Shown here: piece after piece, positions 10,147-19,328 of the stretch
Numbering within the stretch: the stretch's first letter is position 1
Layout of the letters: every line of letters begins with the position of its first letter
Translations under genes and position numbers: made by a program
Origin: Gemmatimonadota bacterium
Lineage (GTDB): Bacteria > Latescibacterota > UBA2968 > UBA8231
Reading direction: 5' to 3'
DNA: 64,000 nt
Assembly: GCA_038128265.1 (NCBI GenBank)
Contig: JAYPJE010000023.1
Coordinates: 1 to 64,000, forward strand
Notes under the pieces: generated by a model
What the model was told of the DNA's origin: nothing
Database searches by the model: none
Seen by the model: only the letters and a program-made list of their open reading frames with translations

Positions 10147-11459
10147 CGTCTCATCCGCTCCGTTCGCTCGCCGCGCTCTCCTACGTCGGCCATGATTTCT
10201 TCGATATCCACACTCAGTTTTTCCGGGTCCAACACGTGTGTAATTTCGCGCCCGTCCGCCTGCGAACGCAGCGCCAAATTAACAATAAACGGTGCGGCAC
10301 GCGCCTTTTTACTCGGCTGCGTCAGCAGCGCCACTACCGGCTTGCGCGAATCGCTTGGATTGGGCTCGTAGACCACGCCCTGCTCGCCGGTATTGAGTTC
10401 GACGTACGAGCCCACCGGATACAGCCCTAGCGTTTTGACAAATAGATCGACGGCGTGCGCGTCGAACTCCGTGCCCTTGTTGTTGTGAATGCGCAGCAGC
10501 GCCTGATACATGGGCATGGCCGGCTTATACACCCGCTTGGCCGTCAGCGCATCGTAGACGTCTGCTACGGCCGTCAGGCGCGCGTAGTATTGAATCTGGT
10601 CACCGGCCAACCCCTTGGGATACCCGCTGCCGTCCATCATCTCGTGGTGCTGTTCGGCTATGGCGATCTGCTCATCGCTAAACGAGCCGTCCTCGCGCAT
10701 GATGTCGCCGCTGTGCAGAGCGTGCTTGCGCATCTCTTGCAGCTCGTGCGGCTCAAAGCGACCAGGCTTGTTGAGGACCTCCAGAGGAACGCGCGTTTTG
10801 CCCACGTCGTGCAGCAATACCGCCGTAGTGATCATCGGCAGCAGGCCGGGGTCGGTGCCATCGTGCATGGCCATAGCCGTAACCAGCGTACAGACATTCA
10901 TGCAGTGCATGGCCGTGTAGGGGTCGTGCTTTTTGATGCGCGTCAGGCTGACCATCGCATCGACGTTGCGCAGGATGCTCTCGGAAATAACGGTGCCCGC
11001 TTCCTGCACCTTGCCGACATCCATGTCCTTGCCATCGGCAATGCCGCTCAGCGCACTCTTCAGCGTATCTGCCGTCTCGTCGCGCACCTCCTTGGCCTTT
11101 TCGATCTCTTCGTCGAAGTGGACCAAGCGCCCCTCGGGCGGCGGCTTGCGGTTGGGGTCGGTCAGCGGCTTGACGTCGGACGGTAGATCGCTGCCCTTGT
11201 CCGTATCGATGGACACGGTCGACAACCCCATCGACCGCAGGCGCTCGACCATGCTGTCACTGGCGATCTGCAGGCCGCCTTCCGCCGTTATTTTCTCGTG
11301 CATCTGCCCCGTCAGGCGCGCGCGCTTATTTGACTTGCCACCCACCGAGTTGAGCGCGCACAAATATCGGACTTCCTCTCCGTCGACCACTTCGGTAGTC
11401 GCCTTGGCCTCGAGGAACATACCCACTTGCAAATGCTCTATTGCTATCAGCTTTTTCAT
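10143..11459 (-). CDS. HD-GYP c-di-GMP phosphodiesterase with N-terminal DUF3391-like region
   Basis: LQVGMF N-terminus, LLHDVGK, HHE..DGSGYP, VADVYDAL..R.YK, GLYPVGS. Confidence 0.9.
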   Translation of the reverse strand: MKKLIAIEHLQVGMFLEAKATTEVVDGEEVRYLCALNSVGGKSNKRARLTGQMHEKITAEGGLQIASDSMVERLRSMGLSTVSIDTDKGSDLPSDVKPLTDPNRKPPPEGRLVHFDEEIEKAKEVRDETADTLKSALSGIADGKDMDVGKVQEAGTVISESILRNVDAMVSLTRIKKHDPYTAMHCMNVCTLVTAMAMHDGTDPGLLPMITTAVLLHDVGKTRVPLEVLNKPGRFEPHELQEMRKHALHSGDIMREDGSFSDEQIAIAEQHHEMMDGSGYPKGLAGDQIQYYARLTAVADVYDALTAKRVYKPAMPMYQALLRIHNNKGTEFDAHAVDLFVKTLGLYPVGSYVELNTGEQGVVYEPNPSDSRKPVVALLTQPSKKARAAPFIVNLALRSQADGREITHVLDPEKLSVDIEEIMADVGERGERTERMRR

Positions 11460-11564
11460 GTGACCACTAGCGGCGGATGCGCGTTAAACGTATACTAATT
11501 AGCGCCGAACCCAGCGCGCCTGTCAAGGGCGACAAAGGGCGATAAATAATGCCCAGCGACTCGG

Positions 11565-11593
11565 TTGACATCCCGACGGACGGCGCGTACACT
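11565..11593 (+). promoter_or_regulatory. sigma70 promoter
   Basis: TTGACA-17 nt-TACACT upstream of the NRDE gene. Confidence 0.7.
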
Positions 11594-11613
11594 GTCGGCG
11601 AAAAGGGCGGCCT

Positions 11614-12336
11614 ATGTGCCTGTGCATTCTAGCACATCAGCTACACGCAACATATCCCACTATCATCGCAGCCAATCGCGAGGAACGCTATGACCGACCG
11701 ACCGATCCACCGGGCTGGAAGGGCGGTATTTTTGCCGGCCGCGATCGCAGCGCGGGCGGAACCTGGCAGGGCGTTAATCGCGCAGGCATGCACGTGGCCC
11801 TGACGAATCGGCGCGGCACGCTGGGCGATCCCGAGCGCCGCTCGCGCGGTCTGCTCTGCACCGATGCCCTGCGCTATACGTCGGCACGTGCCGCCTGCGA
11901 CTGGCTACTAGACCACCTGCTACACGAGCACTATAACCCTTGCAACGTGCTCCTATCCGACGGCGTTGAGGCATTCTGCGTGCACTACGACGGCCGCAGT
12001 GCCCACCCCAAAACGCTGGCACCCGGCCTGCACCTTCTCGGCGATACGGAGGTAGACGACCCGCAGCATCTGCGCATACGGCGAGCGCGCCAAGCGCTAT
12101 ATGGGCCGCTCGCACCGTGGTCATCTCTGCAGCAGGCGCTAGCCGACCTGATGGCAGAGCACAGCGATGCCGACGACGGGCTGTGCCTGCATGGCACGCG
12201 CGGCGGCACGCGCTCCTCGGCGCTGATTGCCCTCGGCGCACGCACGCTTAACGACGCGCGCTTTCACTACGCCGACGGTCCGCCCTGCACAACGCCGTAT
12301 GCAGACCTTTCACCCCACCTACAGAAGCCAGTTTGA
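11614..12336 (+). CDS. NRDE/TANGO2 family protein
   Basis: MC start, ANREE, GRD..AGGTW.G, SRGLL, GTRSS. Confidence 0.9.
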   Translation: MCLCILAHQLHATYPTIIAANREERYDRPTDPPGWKGGIFAGRDRSAGGTWQGVNRAGMHVALTNRRGTLGDPERRSRGLLCTDALRYTSARAACDWLLDHLLHEHYNPCNVLLSDGVEAFCVHYDGRSAHPKTLAPGLHLLGDTEVDDPQHLRIRRARQALYGPLAPWSSLQQALADLMAEHSDADDGLCLHGTRGGTRSSALIALGARTLNDARFHYADGPPCTTPYADLSPHLQKPV

Positions 12337-12343
12337 GGCGATT

Positions 12344-13147
12344 ATGAACGAACGCGAGAAATACCTCTTTGACCTACAGGGCTATATCGTACTGGAGGAC
12401 GTGCTGTCAGCAGCGCAGCTAGCGGCCTGCAACGATGCCATCGATGCGCACCTGCCCGACATTCGTCGACGCAGCGGCGACCACCTGCTGTCGGGCGGTG
12501 CCGATGCCCTCAAAGGCGAACAGGGACGCGGCGACATCGGTGGCATGCTGAGCTGGCCACAGCCGCACGGTGAAATATGGCGCGATCTACTGGTGCATCC
12601 GCGCGTTGTCGAGGTACTGCGCGAGATGCTCGACGACGGCTTTCGCCTCGACCACCTCTACGGCATCCTGATGACGGCCGGCACCGAGGGACACGTGCTG
12701 CACGGCGGCGGACACACGGCCAATCCGACCCACTACTATCGCTTTCGCAACGGCCAGATGCGCTGCGGGTTAACGGTCGTATCCTACGTGCTAACGGACC
12801 AAGGACCCGGCGACGGGGGCTTTGCCTGCGTGCCCGGCAGCCATAAGTCCAACTACGCGGCGCCGAACGCGCTGCGCCGCCTCGAAGACGCGATGGGCTG
12901 CGTAGTCCAGCCCGTCGCACGCGCCGGCTCGGCCATTGTCTTTACCGAGGCGCTCACCCACGGCACGCTGCCGTGGCATGGCGCCCACGAGCGGCGCGCC
13001 ATGCTCTATAAATATTCTCCGGGAGCCATTAGCTACTCCAGCCGCTATCTGCCCGGCGGCGTCGAGGACATACTCGACGAGTTCACGCCAGCGCAGCGCG
13101 CCGTGCTGGAACCTCCCTACCATCCGGGCCGGCCGAGCGTCAAATGA
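12344..13147 (+). CDS. PhyH-like dioxygenase (HxG variant)
   Basis: EKYLFDLQGY, VPGSHK, EALTHG; LHGG instead of HxD. Confidence 0.85.
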   Translation: MNEREKYLFDLQGYIVLEDVLSAAQLAACNDAIDAHLPDIRRRSGDHLLSGGADALKGEQGRGDIGGMLSWPQPHGEIWRDLLVHPRVVEVLREMLDDGFRLDHLYGILMTAGTEGHVLHGGGHTANPTHYYRFRNGQMRCGLTVVSYVLTDQGPGDGGFACVPGSHKSNYAAPNALRRLEDAMGCVVQPVARAGSAIVFTEALTHGTLPWHGAHERRAMLYKYSPGAISYSSRYLPGGVEDILDEFTPAQRAVLEPPYHPGRPSVK

Positions 13148-14319
13148 TGCATATACGCGATGTGCGCATTCGCGCCGTCAACGTGCCGCGCGTTTACGAC
13201 ACGCGCGTTGCAGAAGCCGGTGGCCATGCACAGGCCAAAACGGCCTCGCACTACTATGTGCTAGAGCTCGTCACTGACGGCAACGTCGTTGGCCTGGGGG
13301 AAATTTCCGACATAGAGCAGAGCTGGCAGACGCCCGCGCCGGAGGCACTACGCCACATGCTGAGTTCGCTAGAGGGAGCCGACCCACTGCATCGCCAAGC
13401 CACTTGGGAACGAGCGCTAGGCAGCCTGCCGAGCGATTTGCACCCCGAACTACACTCGCTGCTAAGCGCAGCCATCGACACCGCACTACTCGATTTGGCC
13501 GGCCAGTACTACGGCGTGCCGCTCTACGTCCTGTTCGGCGGTCGCAACCGAGCGCGTGCGCACGTGTCGTGGGTCGCCTTTATCCGCACCTTGGACGAAA
13601 TCGAACGCGAGATCGCCACCAAGGTCGCCGAGGGGTTTACCGCCTTCAAACTCAAGGTCGGCGACGAACCCGAACTCGACGCACAGCGGGTGCAGCTGTG
13701 TCGTCGTTTAGCCGGCTCCGATGCGTATATCAAAATTGATGCATCGGGCCAGTGGCACGAAGAGGAAGCCGTCGAGCGCATCTGCGCACTGGCAGCTGTT
13801 GGTGCCGATGCCGTTGAGACGCCGCTGCGCGCCGCTGCGCGCGCCGTGGCCAAGGACAACCCGCAGCAGGTATCCGACCACGCCGACGACGTCGCCGCTG
13901 CGCTCGCGCGCGTGCGGCAGCGCGTGCCCATCGACCTGATAGAACACGTAGCAGACTTTGACGAACGCTTCGCCCTGGCGCTTATACGCCACCGCGCCGT
14001 CGACGTCTTTAACGTCGTTCCGGTACAGGCCGGCAGTCTGCACCGCGCCGAGCGCCTGCTGCACATAGCGGCATCCGGCGGCCTACCAGCCCTGCTCGGT
14101 AGCACGGTCGAACTCGGCATTGGCACGGCAGCCGCTACCCATCTTGCCGTAGCTAGTCCGACCGTGCGCATCGCTTCTGACCTCGTCGGACCGGGCCTGC
14201 TGGCCGGCGCGGTGACTCGTCCAACGCTGGCTTACGAAGCGGGCTATATCCGCCCGCCGTCCGGCGCAGGCCTCGGCGTGCAGCTGGACGAAGAGCGCAT
14301 GGAGGCATTTGCCGCATGA
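13144..14319 (+). CDS. Mandelate racemase/muconate lactonizing enzyme family (enolase superfamily)
   Basis: GLGE, AIDTALLDL.G....VPLY.LFGG, FKLKVG. Confidence 0.85.
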   Translation: MMHIRDVRIRAVNVPRVYDTRVAEAGGHAQAKTASHYYVLELVTDGNVVGLGEISDIEQSWQTPAPEALRHMLSSLEGADPLHRQATWERALGSLPSDLHPELHSLLSAAIDTALLDLAGQYYGVPLYVLFGGRNRARAHVSWVAFIRTLDEIEREIATKVAEGFTAFKLKVGDEPELDAQRVQLCRRLAGSDAYIKIDASGQWHEEEAVERICALAAVGADAVETPLRAAARAVAKDNPQQVSDHADDVAAALARVRQRVPIDLIEHVADFDERFALALIRHRAVDVFNVVPVQAGSLHRAERLLHIAASGGLPALLGSTVELGIGTAAATHLAVASPTVRIASDLVGPGLLAGAVTRPTLAYEAGYIRPPSGAGLGVQLDEERMEAFAA

Positions 14320-15392
14320 GCCAGCGACTGGGCTGTATCCAACCGACAAAGCGACTGGTCGACTTTCACCTCGCCGATCCAGCTACCGTTCTGGCGTGCG
14401 TTGACAACCACCTCGATGCGCTTGAGGCACTAGTAGACGGCGCCGGCCGACGCGGCTGCGATGCGGTCGTATTGCCAGAGGACACCCTTGGCTTAGAGCA
14501 TTGGTCGGGGGTCAACAGGGACCTGTGGAACGCCGTGCTGCCGGACGCCGTTGAGCGCATGCTGACGCGCCTAGGTGCAGCCTGCGCACGCCATGCGATG
14601 TATTTGGTCTGCTGCAGCGATTCGCTGGAAGGCACGGCGCGTTACAACACGGCGTTTTTCCTAGGGCGCGACGGGATTGAGATCGGTCGCTATAGGAAGA
14701 TCAATATGCCCTACAGCGAATTGGGCAGCCGCGCGCGCGGCGATGCATATCCGGTATTTGAGACGCCCGACTTAGGCGGTGTTGGGCTGCTCATTTGCTA
14801 CGACATGGTCTTTCCCGAGGCCGTGCGCTGCTTGGCGCTCAACGGCGCCGACGTCGTCTTTGTGCCCACGCTGGGCGGGGCCTGTATGGCGAGCGGGGCC
14901 GATATGGACCGCGCGGCATTTCGCACGCGCGCCGTCGACAACTTCGTCTATTTGGCCGTGGCGCACCGCAGCGGGGGCAGCCTCATCATAGCCCCCGACG
15001 GCCACGTGCTCAGCGAAGGGGGTGGGGCAGACGACATTCTCGTCGCCGACGTAGATCCCTTCGGCGGACGCGAAGGCGGCAACGCCTTTGACTGGCAGGC
15101 AGATATGCGCGCACGCCTCTTTCGCGAACGCGTGCCGGAGAGCTACGGTGCGCTTACGCAGACGCATCCTCTCGCCCTCGACAAATGGCGCAGCGATGAC
15201 CGCCCCGAAGAGATAACGCGGCGCTGCAGTCGGGTACTAACCGTTGGCGAAGAGGCGTTTCGCGCGGCCGATGTCCTCCTAAAAGCAGGCCAGATCGAGG
15301 AGGCAAAGCGCGCATTCGCAGCGCTCTGTCACGAGTATAGGGGTAGTTGGATCGAACGCGTCGGCCGCGCGCGCATCGCCGACCTGCCTTGA
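14316..15392 (+). CDS. Carbon-nitrogen hydrolase (nitrilase family) with C-terminal helical extension
   Basis: LPE, YRK and ICYD catalytic E-K-C triad. Confidence 0.85.
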   Translation: MSQRLGCIQPTKRLVDFHLADPATVLACVDNHLDALEALVDGAGRRGCDAVVLPEDTLGLEHWSGVNRDLWNAVLPDAVERMLTRLGAACARHAMYLVCCSDSLEGTARYNTAFFLGRDGIEIGRYRKINMPYSELGSRARGDAYPVFETPDLGGVGLLICYDMVFPEAVRCLALNGADVVFVPTLGGACMASGADMDRAAFRTRAVDNFVYLAVAHRSGGSLIIAPDGHVLSEGGGADDILVADVDPFGGREGGNAFDWQADMRARLFRERVPESYGALTQTHPLALDKWRSDDRPEEITRRCSRVLTVGEEAFRAADVLLKAGQIEEAKRAFAALCHEYRGSWIERVGRARIADLP

Positions 15393-15489
15393 GCGCGCGG
15401 CCGACGCGCACCGCACATATTGCCGATCACAAGGTCGCGGAATATGTTAGTGGGAGACCGATTCGCATTCTCTTATAGAAAGGAACGCC

Positions 15490-16524
15490 GTGGCAGAGTT
15501 CACCTATGCCAGCGCCGGTGTCGACATCGACAACGCCGACGCGACCAAACGCGAAATGGCACGCAGCCTCGAAACCAGCGACGCACGCGTGCTCAATACG
15601 ATAGGCGCCTTTGCCACGCTCTTTGACGGCCACTTCCCCCAGTATCAGCACCCCGTCCTCGTACTCAAGAGCGAGGAGCCTGGTTCCAAGCAGAAGCTCG
15701 CTTTTGCCCATGGGCGCTACGAATCGGTATGCTACGACCTGGTCAATCACCTCATCAACGACATCATCGTAATGGGCGCCCACCCGCTGTCTATGCAGGA
15801 CGTGATTGTCTGCGGCAAGCTGGAAAAGGAAGTTATCACGCGAGTCGTTGACGGCATGGCAACGGCCTGCCGCCAGCAGGAGTGCACGCTGACCGGCGGC
15901 GAAACATCCGAGCAACCAGGCGTCGTGCCGGAAGGGACCTACATCCTCACTGCCAGCGTCGTCGGCGTCGCAGAAAAGAGCCAGATTATCGACGGGACGC
16001 GCATCGCCGCAGGTGACAAGATCCTCGCCGTGGCGTCCAACGGACTGCACACCAACGGCTACACGCTGGTGCGTGCGCTGCTCGATGCGCAGCCCGAACT
16101 GGCACACGTCGACGTCGGGGGAGAATCTTTTCTCGATGCCATTCTGCGTCCCCATCTCTGCTACTATCGCGCCGTGCGCGATCTCTATACCGGCAGTGCA
16201 CTACGCGGTATGGCGCATATTACCGGCGGCGGCGTGCGCGATAACCTCAGCCGCGTTTTGCCAGCCAATTTCGACGCCCAAGTCGACCTAAGCACCTTTG
16301 AAATTCTACCGGTGTTTCGCACGCTCTACGAGCGCGGCCAGCTCGATCCGGCCGATATGGTGCGCACCTTTAATATGGGTGTCGGACTCGCACTCGTCGT
16401 AGCAGACGGGCATCAGGACGAGGTGATTGCCCATTTGGAACAGCACGCGTGTCGCGCCTATCCCATCGGCGAAGTCACCAGCGGTAGCAAGCAAGTGCAG
16501 TTTAGCGGACAGCTCGCCCTTTGA
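15490..16524 (+). CDS. purM: Phosphoribosylformylglycinamidine cyclo-ligase
   Basis: YASAGVDI, GGETSE.PG, SNGLHTNGY, HITGGG, TFNMGVG; AAGGA RBS before GTG. Confidence 0.95.
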   Translation: MAEFTYASAGVDIDNADATKREMARSLETSDARVLNTIGAFATLFDGHFPQYQHPVLVLKSEEPGSKQKLAFAHGRYESVCYDLVNHLINDIIVMGAHPLSMQDVIVCGKLEKEVITRVVDGMATACRQQECTLTGGETSEQPGVVPEGTYILTASVVGVAEKSQIIDGTRIAAGDKILAVASNGLHTNGYTLVRALLDAQPELAHVDVGGESFLDAILRPHLCYYRAVRDLYTGSALRGMAHITGGGVRDNLSRVLPANFDAQVDLSTFEILPVFRTLYERGQLDPADMVRTFNMGVGLALVVADGHQDEVIAHLEQHACRAYPIGEVTSGSKQVQFSGQLAL

Positions 16525-16706
16525 AAGGGCAGGTCGACGCGGGGCTCTGCACCCACTGCCTGCACGCGCGACACGTCGAGTCGGCGCGCGGATCGATCTT
16601 TTTTCTGTGCCGTTTGCACGCCGTAGACGAGCGCTTCAGCAAGTACCCTCACATGCCGGTACGCGCGTGCATCGGCTACAAAAAAACGGAAGAATCTGCC
16701 ACATAG
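16521..16706 (+). CDS. Small Cys-rich hypothetical protein
   Basis: GLCTHC...RGSIFFLC...RFSKYP..PV..C.GY; TTG start overlaps the purM stop. Confidence 0.65.
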   Translation: MKGQVDAGLCTHCLHARHVESARGSIFFLCRLHAVDERFSKYPHMPVRACIGYKKTEESAT

Positions 16707-16732
16707 CCGCCCTGTTGTGGCAAGAGGTTTCC

Positions 16733-17047
16733 ATGGCCAAACGTCGACGACGAAAAGAGCGCCGCACCCTCAAACTGCCCGCATATAGCAGAGTCCTCGC
16801 CGTTGTTGGATTGCTCTTTATCACTCTGTTTATCGTCCTGTCATACACCAGCGAAGACCGCTCTTGGCAGGAATATATCGACGCGGGAGACCGCGCCTAC
16901 GAGCGCGGCAATTACGCCTGGGCGGAAAAGATGTACCGCGAGGCACTGCAGTACGCTGAGCAGAGCGATAAAGACGGTCCGCTGGTAGCCAAAACGTGGC
17001 GTCACCTACGCCGCCTCGAACAGGCGCGCAGTCGTCAATCGCCCTAG
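16733..17047 (+). CDS. Membrane-anchored TPR-like small protein
   Basis: GAGG RBS, basic N-terminus, one TM helix, 'AGDRAYERGNYAWAEKMYREAL' TPR-like helix pair. Confidence 0.7.
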   Translation: MAKRRRRKERRTLKLPAYSRVLAVVGLLFITLFIVLSYTSEDRSWQEYIDAGDRAYERGNYAWAEKMYREALQYAEQSDKDGPLVAKTWRHLRRLEQARSRQSP

Positions 17048-17889
17048 GCGCCATTCTGGTGGCGCGGCATATCGACTAGATCCAACCCCGAGCGCATCCA
17101 CGCGCGCAGCACCGTGTCGTCGTCGACGGCCCTGCGTGCGATGTGGCCCGTTGCTTCTCCTATGTCCACATCGGCCACTACGAGCCGCTCTTCAAAATGT
17201 CCCGCTTCCACTAGCACGTTGCCATCCGGATGCACGATCTTGCTATTCCCATGCGACTGCGACGGCGAATGCATATCCGCGGCATCGGCGGGTGCATTGG
17301 CCATCACCAAAAAAATGCCGTTTTCCGTTGCGCGAGCAATGGGCATGGCGCGATAGGCCGAAAGCTTGTGTTCGGACAGCAGCCCGCTTTCGTTGCTGCA
17401 GTAAAAACAGACTTTGGCACCGCGCGCCGCCGGCAAGCGCACCAATTCGGGATAGCGTACATCGTGGCAGATGATAAAGCACGACGGCACCGCGCCCACA
17501 TCGTATATCGGCAGATGCTGGCCGGCGCTGGGCCAGCGCTCGGCAAGGTGCGTCTTGGCATAGCGCCCGCACACCTGGCCGCTGGCGTCGATAACAAGCA
17601 CACTGTTGTAGAGGATCTCTTCGCTCCAGTGCACCGTGCCCAGCACAACGCCGATGCCCAACCGCCCGGCGGCCTCGACTACGGCAGCCTCTGCCTCGGC
17701 AAATGCCCGCCGATCCGCGCTCAGCCAATAGGCATCATCGCAGCAATAACCACAAAGACACGCTTCGGGGAACGCGACGATATCGACTTGCGCAGCGGCG
17801 GCTTCGCCCATCCAATGCAGCACCTTTTCCGCGCTGCGCAGCGGATCGTCGTAGGTTAGAATTTGACAGGCGGCCAAGCGCTTGTGCAT
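17044..17889 (-). CDS. Carbon-nitrogen hydrolase (nitrilase family)
   Basis: FPE, YAKTHL, ICHDVRYPE; GAGGAG RBS. Confidence 0.9.
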   Translation of the reverse strand: MHKRLAACQILTYDDPLRSAEKVLHWMGEAAAAQVDIVAFPEACLCGYCCDDAYWLSADRRAFAEAEAAVVEAAGRLGIGVVLGTVHWSEEILYNSVLVIDASGQVCGRYAKTHLAERWPSAGQHLPIYDVGAVPSCFIICHDVRYPELVRLPAARGAKVCFYCSNESGLLSEHKLSAYRAMPIARATENGIFLVMANAPADAADMHSPSQSHGNSKIVHPDGNVLVEAGHFEERLVVADVDIGEATGHIARRAVDDDTVLRAWMRSGLDLVDMPRHQNGA

Positions 17890-17975
17890 ATGTGATACTC
17901 CTCTTGCGACATCTCAATCTCATGTGTGGTCTTTCTGTCGCATTTAACGGGTCGATGCGAATACATCATTGGACA

Positions 17976-17988
17976 TATCAAGTCTTTG
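17976..17988 (+). promoter_or_regulatory. Putative IHF binding site
   Basis: TATCAAgtctTTG matches WATCAANNNNTTR, just upstream of the sigma54 motif. Confidence 0.5.
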
Positions 17989-18030
17989 TAAATGAGTTAC
18001 TTATGGGAAAGTGCGGTCTTACTCGAACGC

Positions 18031-18045
18031 TGGCACACCCCTTGC
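18031..18045 (+). promoter_or_regulatory. sigma54 (-24/-12) promoter
   Basis: TGGCACaccccTTGC with exact GG-N10-GC spacing. Confidence 0.7.
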
Positions 18046-18102
18046 GTAATACAATGCAACGCAGCAAGAGACCACGCAAACCCCTTTTCACAGGAGGCCG
18101 TC

Positions 18103-18201
18103 GTGAAACACAAAGCGCCCTTTCATCTCAAAGAAGTCCTACCGCCAGCGCTCTTTGCCCTCGCTTGGGGTATTTTTGCTCTGATGTATAAGAGCCTGTA
18201 G
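18103..18201 (+). CDS. 32-aa membrane micropeptide MKHKAPFHLKEVLPPALFALAWGIFALMYKSL
   Basis: AGGAGG RBS 5 nt before GTG; one hydrophobic helix; upstream promoter and downstream hairpin. Confidence 0.6.
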   Translation: MKHKAPFHLKEVLPPALFALAWGIFALMYKSL

Positions 18202-18222
18202 GCGGGTGTTCGGGCTTTATTT

Positions 18223-18302
18223 GCAGGGGTAACCGAGTCTGCCGCGCCGCGTGCTGGCGATAGGCGGGCATGCCGTTGGGGGCGCGGCTCGGTTACCCCT
18301 GC
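18223..18302. terminator. Long (~80 nt) hairpin between convergent genes
   Basis: gcaggggtaaccgag ... ctcggttacccctgc perfect 15-bp IR, plus inner gccgcgcc/ggcgcggc stem. Confidence 0.6.
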
Positions 18303-18305
18303 CTT

Positions 18306-19034
18306 CTATTGCCGGATTTGCTGCGCTAGTGCCTCGATCAATCGGGCGCACTCGGCGCGCGCCTCAGCAAGCCCATCTACTGTTGCACCGCCCGCTCTGA
18401 GATAGTTCAGCACCACGTCTTCGGCGGCGACGTATTCGCGGCACACGTCGGCCAGTTGGCCAGCGACTTCGCCCGGGATGATCGTGACGCCATTGGCATC
18501 GGCGTGCAGCAGGTCCCCCGCGTGCACAACCACTCCCCCCACGCGCACAGGGACCGACAAATCGACGATATGGCCGTAGCCGTGTGAGCAGATCGCCCCG
18601 CTGCTAAAAGCGGGAAAACCCAGTGCGCGCACCTGCTCGAGGTCGCGCGCGGCACCGCTGGTGATGAGACCCGCGGCGCCAAAAGTCTTATAGGCAGTGC
18701 ACATCACCTCGCCAAACGATGCGGCCACGGGCGGGTCATCCAAATCCTGAAACACGACGATGGGCGGCCCGGGCACGGCTGCAAAAGCGTCGACCTGCGC
18801 ATCGATGGTCGCGTAGACATCGCCGCCGCGCGCCGGTGCCGCTGCGCGATAGGTCGCCGTCGCCGCATAGCCGGCGATGGGTGCCATCTCGGGAAAGCAG
18901 GCGCGAATGCGCTCATTCATATAGCCGGCACTGCGCGGACGGACATTAAAGACTTCTATGGCATTGCAAATCGTCGGCGTATCATACTGACACAGAAGTG
19001 CAATCTCTTCGCTACTCAACGCTTTTGCACACAT
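18306..19034 (-). CDS. RraA family protein (HMG aldolase-like)
   Basis: DTPTICNA, GEVM, GAARD, GDLLHADANG; start uncertain (19034 or 19067). Confidence 0.85.
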   Translation of the reverse strand: MCAKALSSEEIALLCQYDTPTICNAIEVFNVRPRSAGYMNERIRACFPEMAPIAGYAATATYRAAAPARGGDVYATIDAQVDAFAAVPGPPIVVFQDLDDPPVAASFGEVMCTAYKTFGAAGLITSGAARDLEQVRALGFPAFSSGAICSHGYGHIVDLSVPVRVGGVVVHAGDLLHADANGVTIIPGEVAGQLADVCREYVAAEDVVLNYLRAGGATVDGLAEARAECARLIEALAQQIRQ

Positions 19035-19121
19035 ACTTTTCTCCACATTCGCATAGTAATCCTTCATCCTAACGCGCGTTTTGGGCCAAAGTATCGCAAT
19101 CGAAGCGCGCTGTCAAAAGAC

Positions 19122-19150
19122 TTGCACCGGGCCGCGATGCGATCTACTAT
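19122..19150 (+). promoter_or_regulatory. sigma70 promoter, leaderless configuration
   Basis: TTGCAC-17 nt-TACTAT, ATG 6 nt downstream. Confidence 0.55.
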
Positions 19151-19156
19151 ACGGCT

Positions 19157-19327
19157 ATGATCGAACGCCTCGACCATCTATTAGAGCTGGTTAGCAACGC
19201 ACGCGTAGCTGCTCTTTGTGGCGTGTGCATTGGCCTCTACCTGCTGCGCGATATCGCCCGAGCCACGCGCTACATCTTTATCTCCTCGCGTCGGGCTTGG
19301 AGCACGCACCGCGAGGAAGACGAATAG
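19157..19327 (+). CDS. 56-aa small membrane protein (not in ORF track)
   Basis: MIERLDHLLELVSNARVAALCGVCIGLYLLRDIARATRYIFISSRRAWSTHREEDE; stop 1 nt before the next ATG. Confidence 0.55.
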   Translation: MIERLDHLLELVSNARVAALCGVCIGLYLLRDIARATRYIFISSRRAWSTHREEDE

Positions 19328-19328
19328 A

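Noticed and set aside
15427..16155. 242-aa minus-strand ORF
   Set aside because: Antisense shadow of purM; no recognisable motifs
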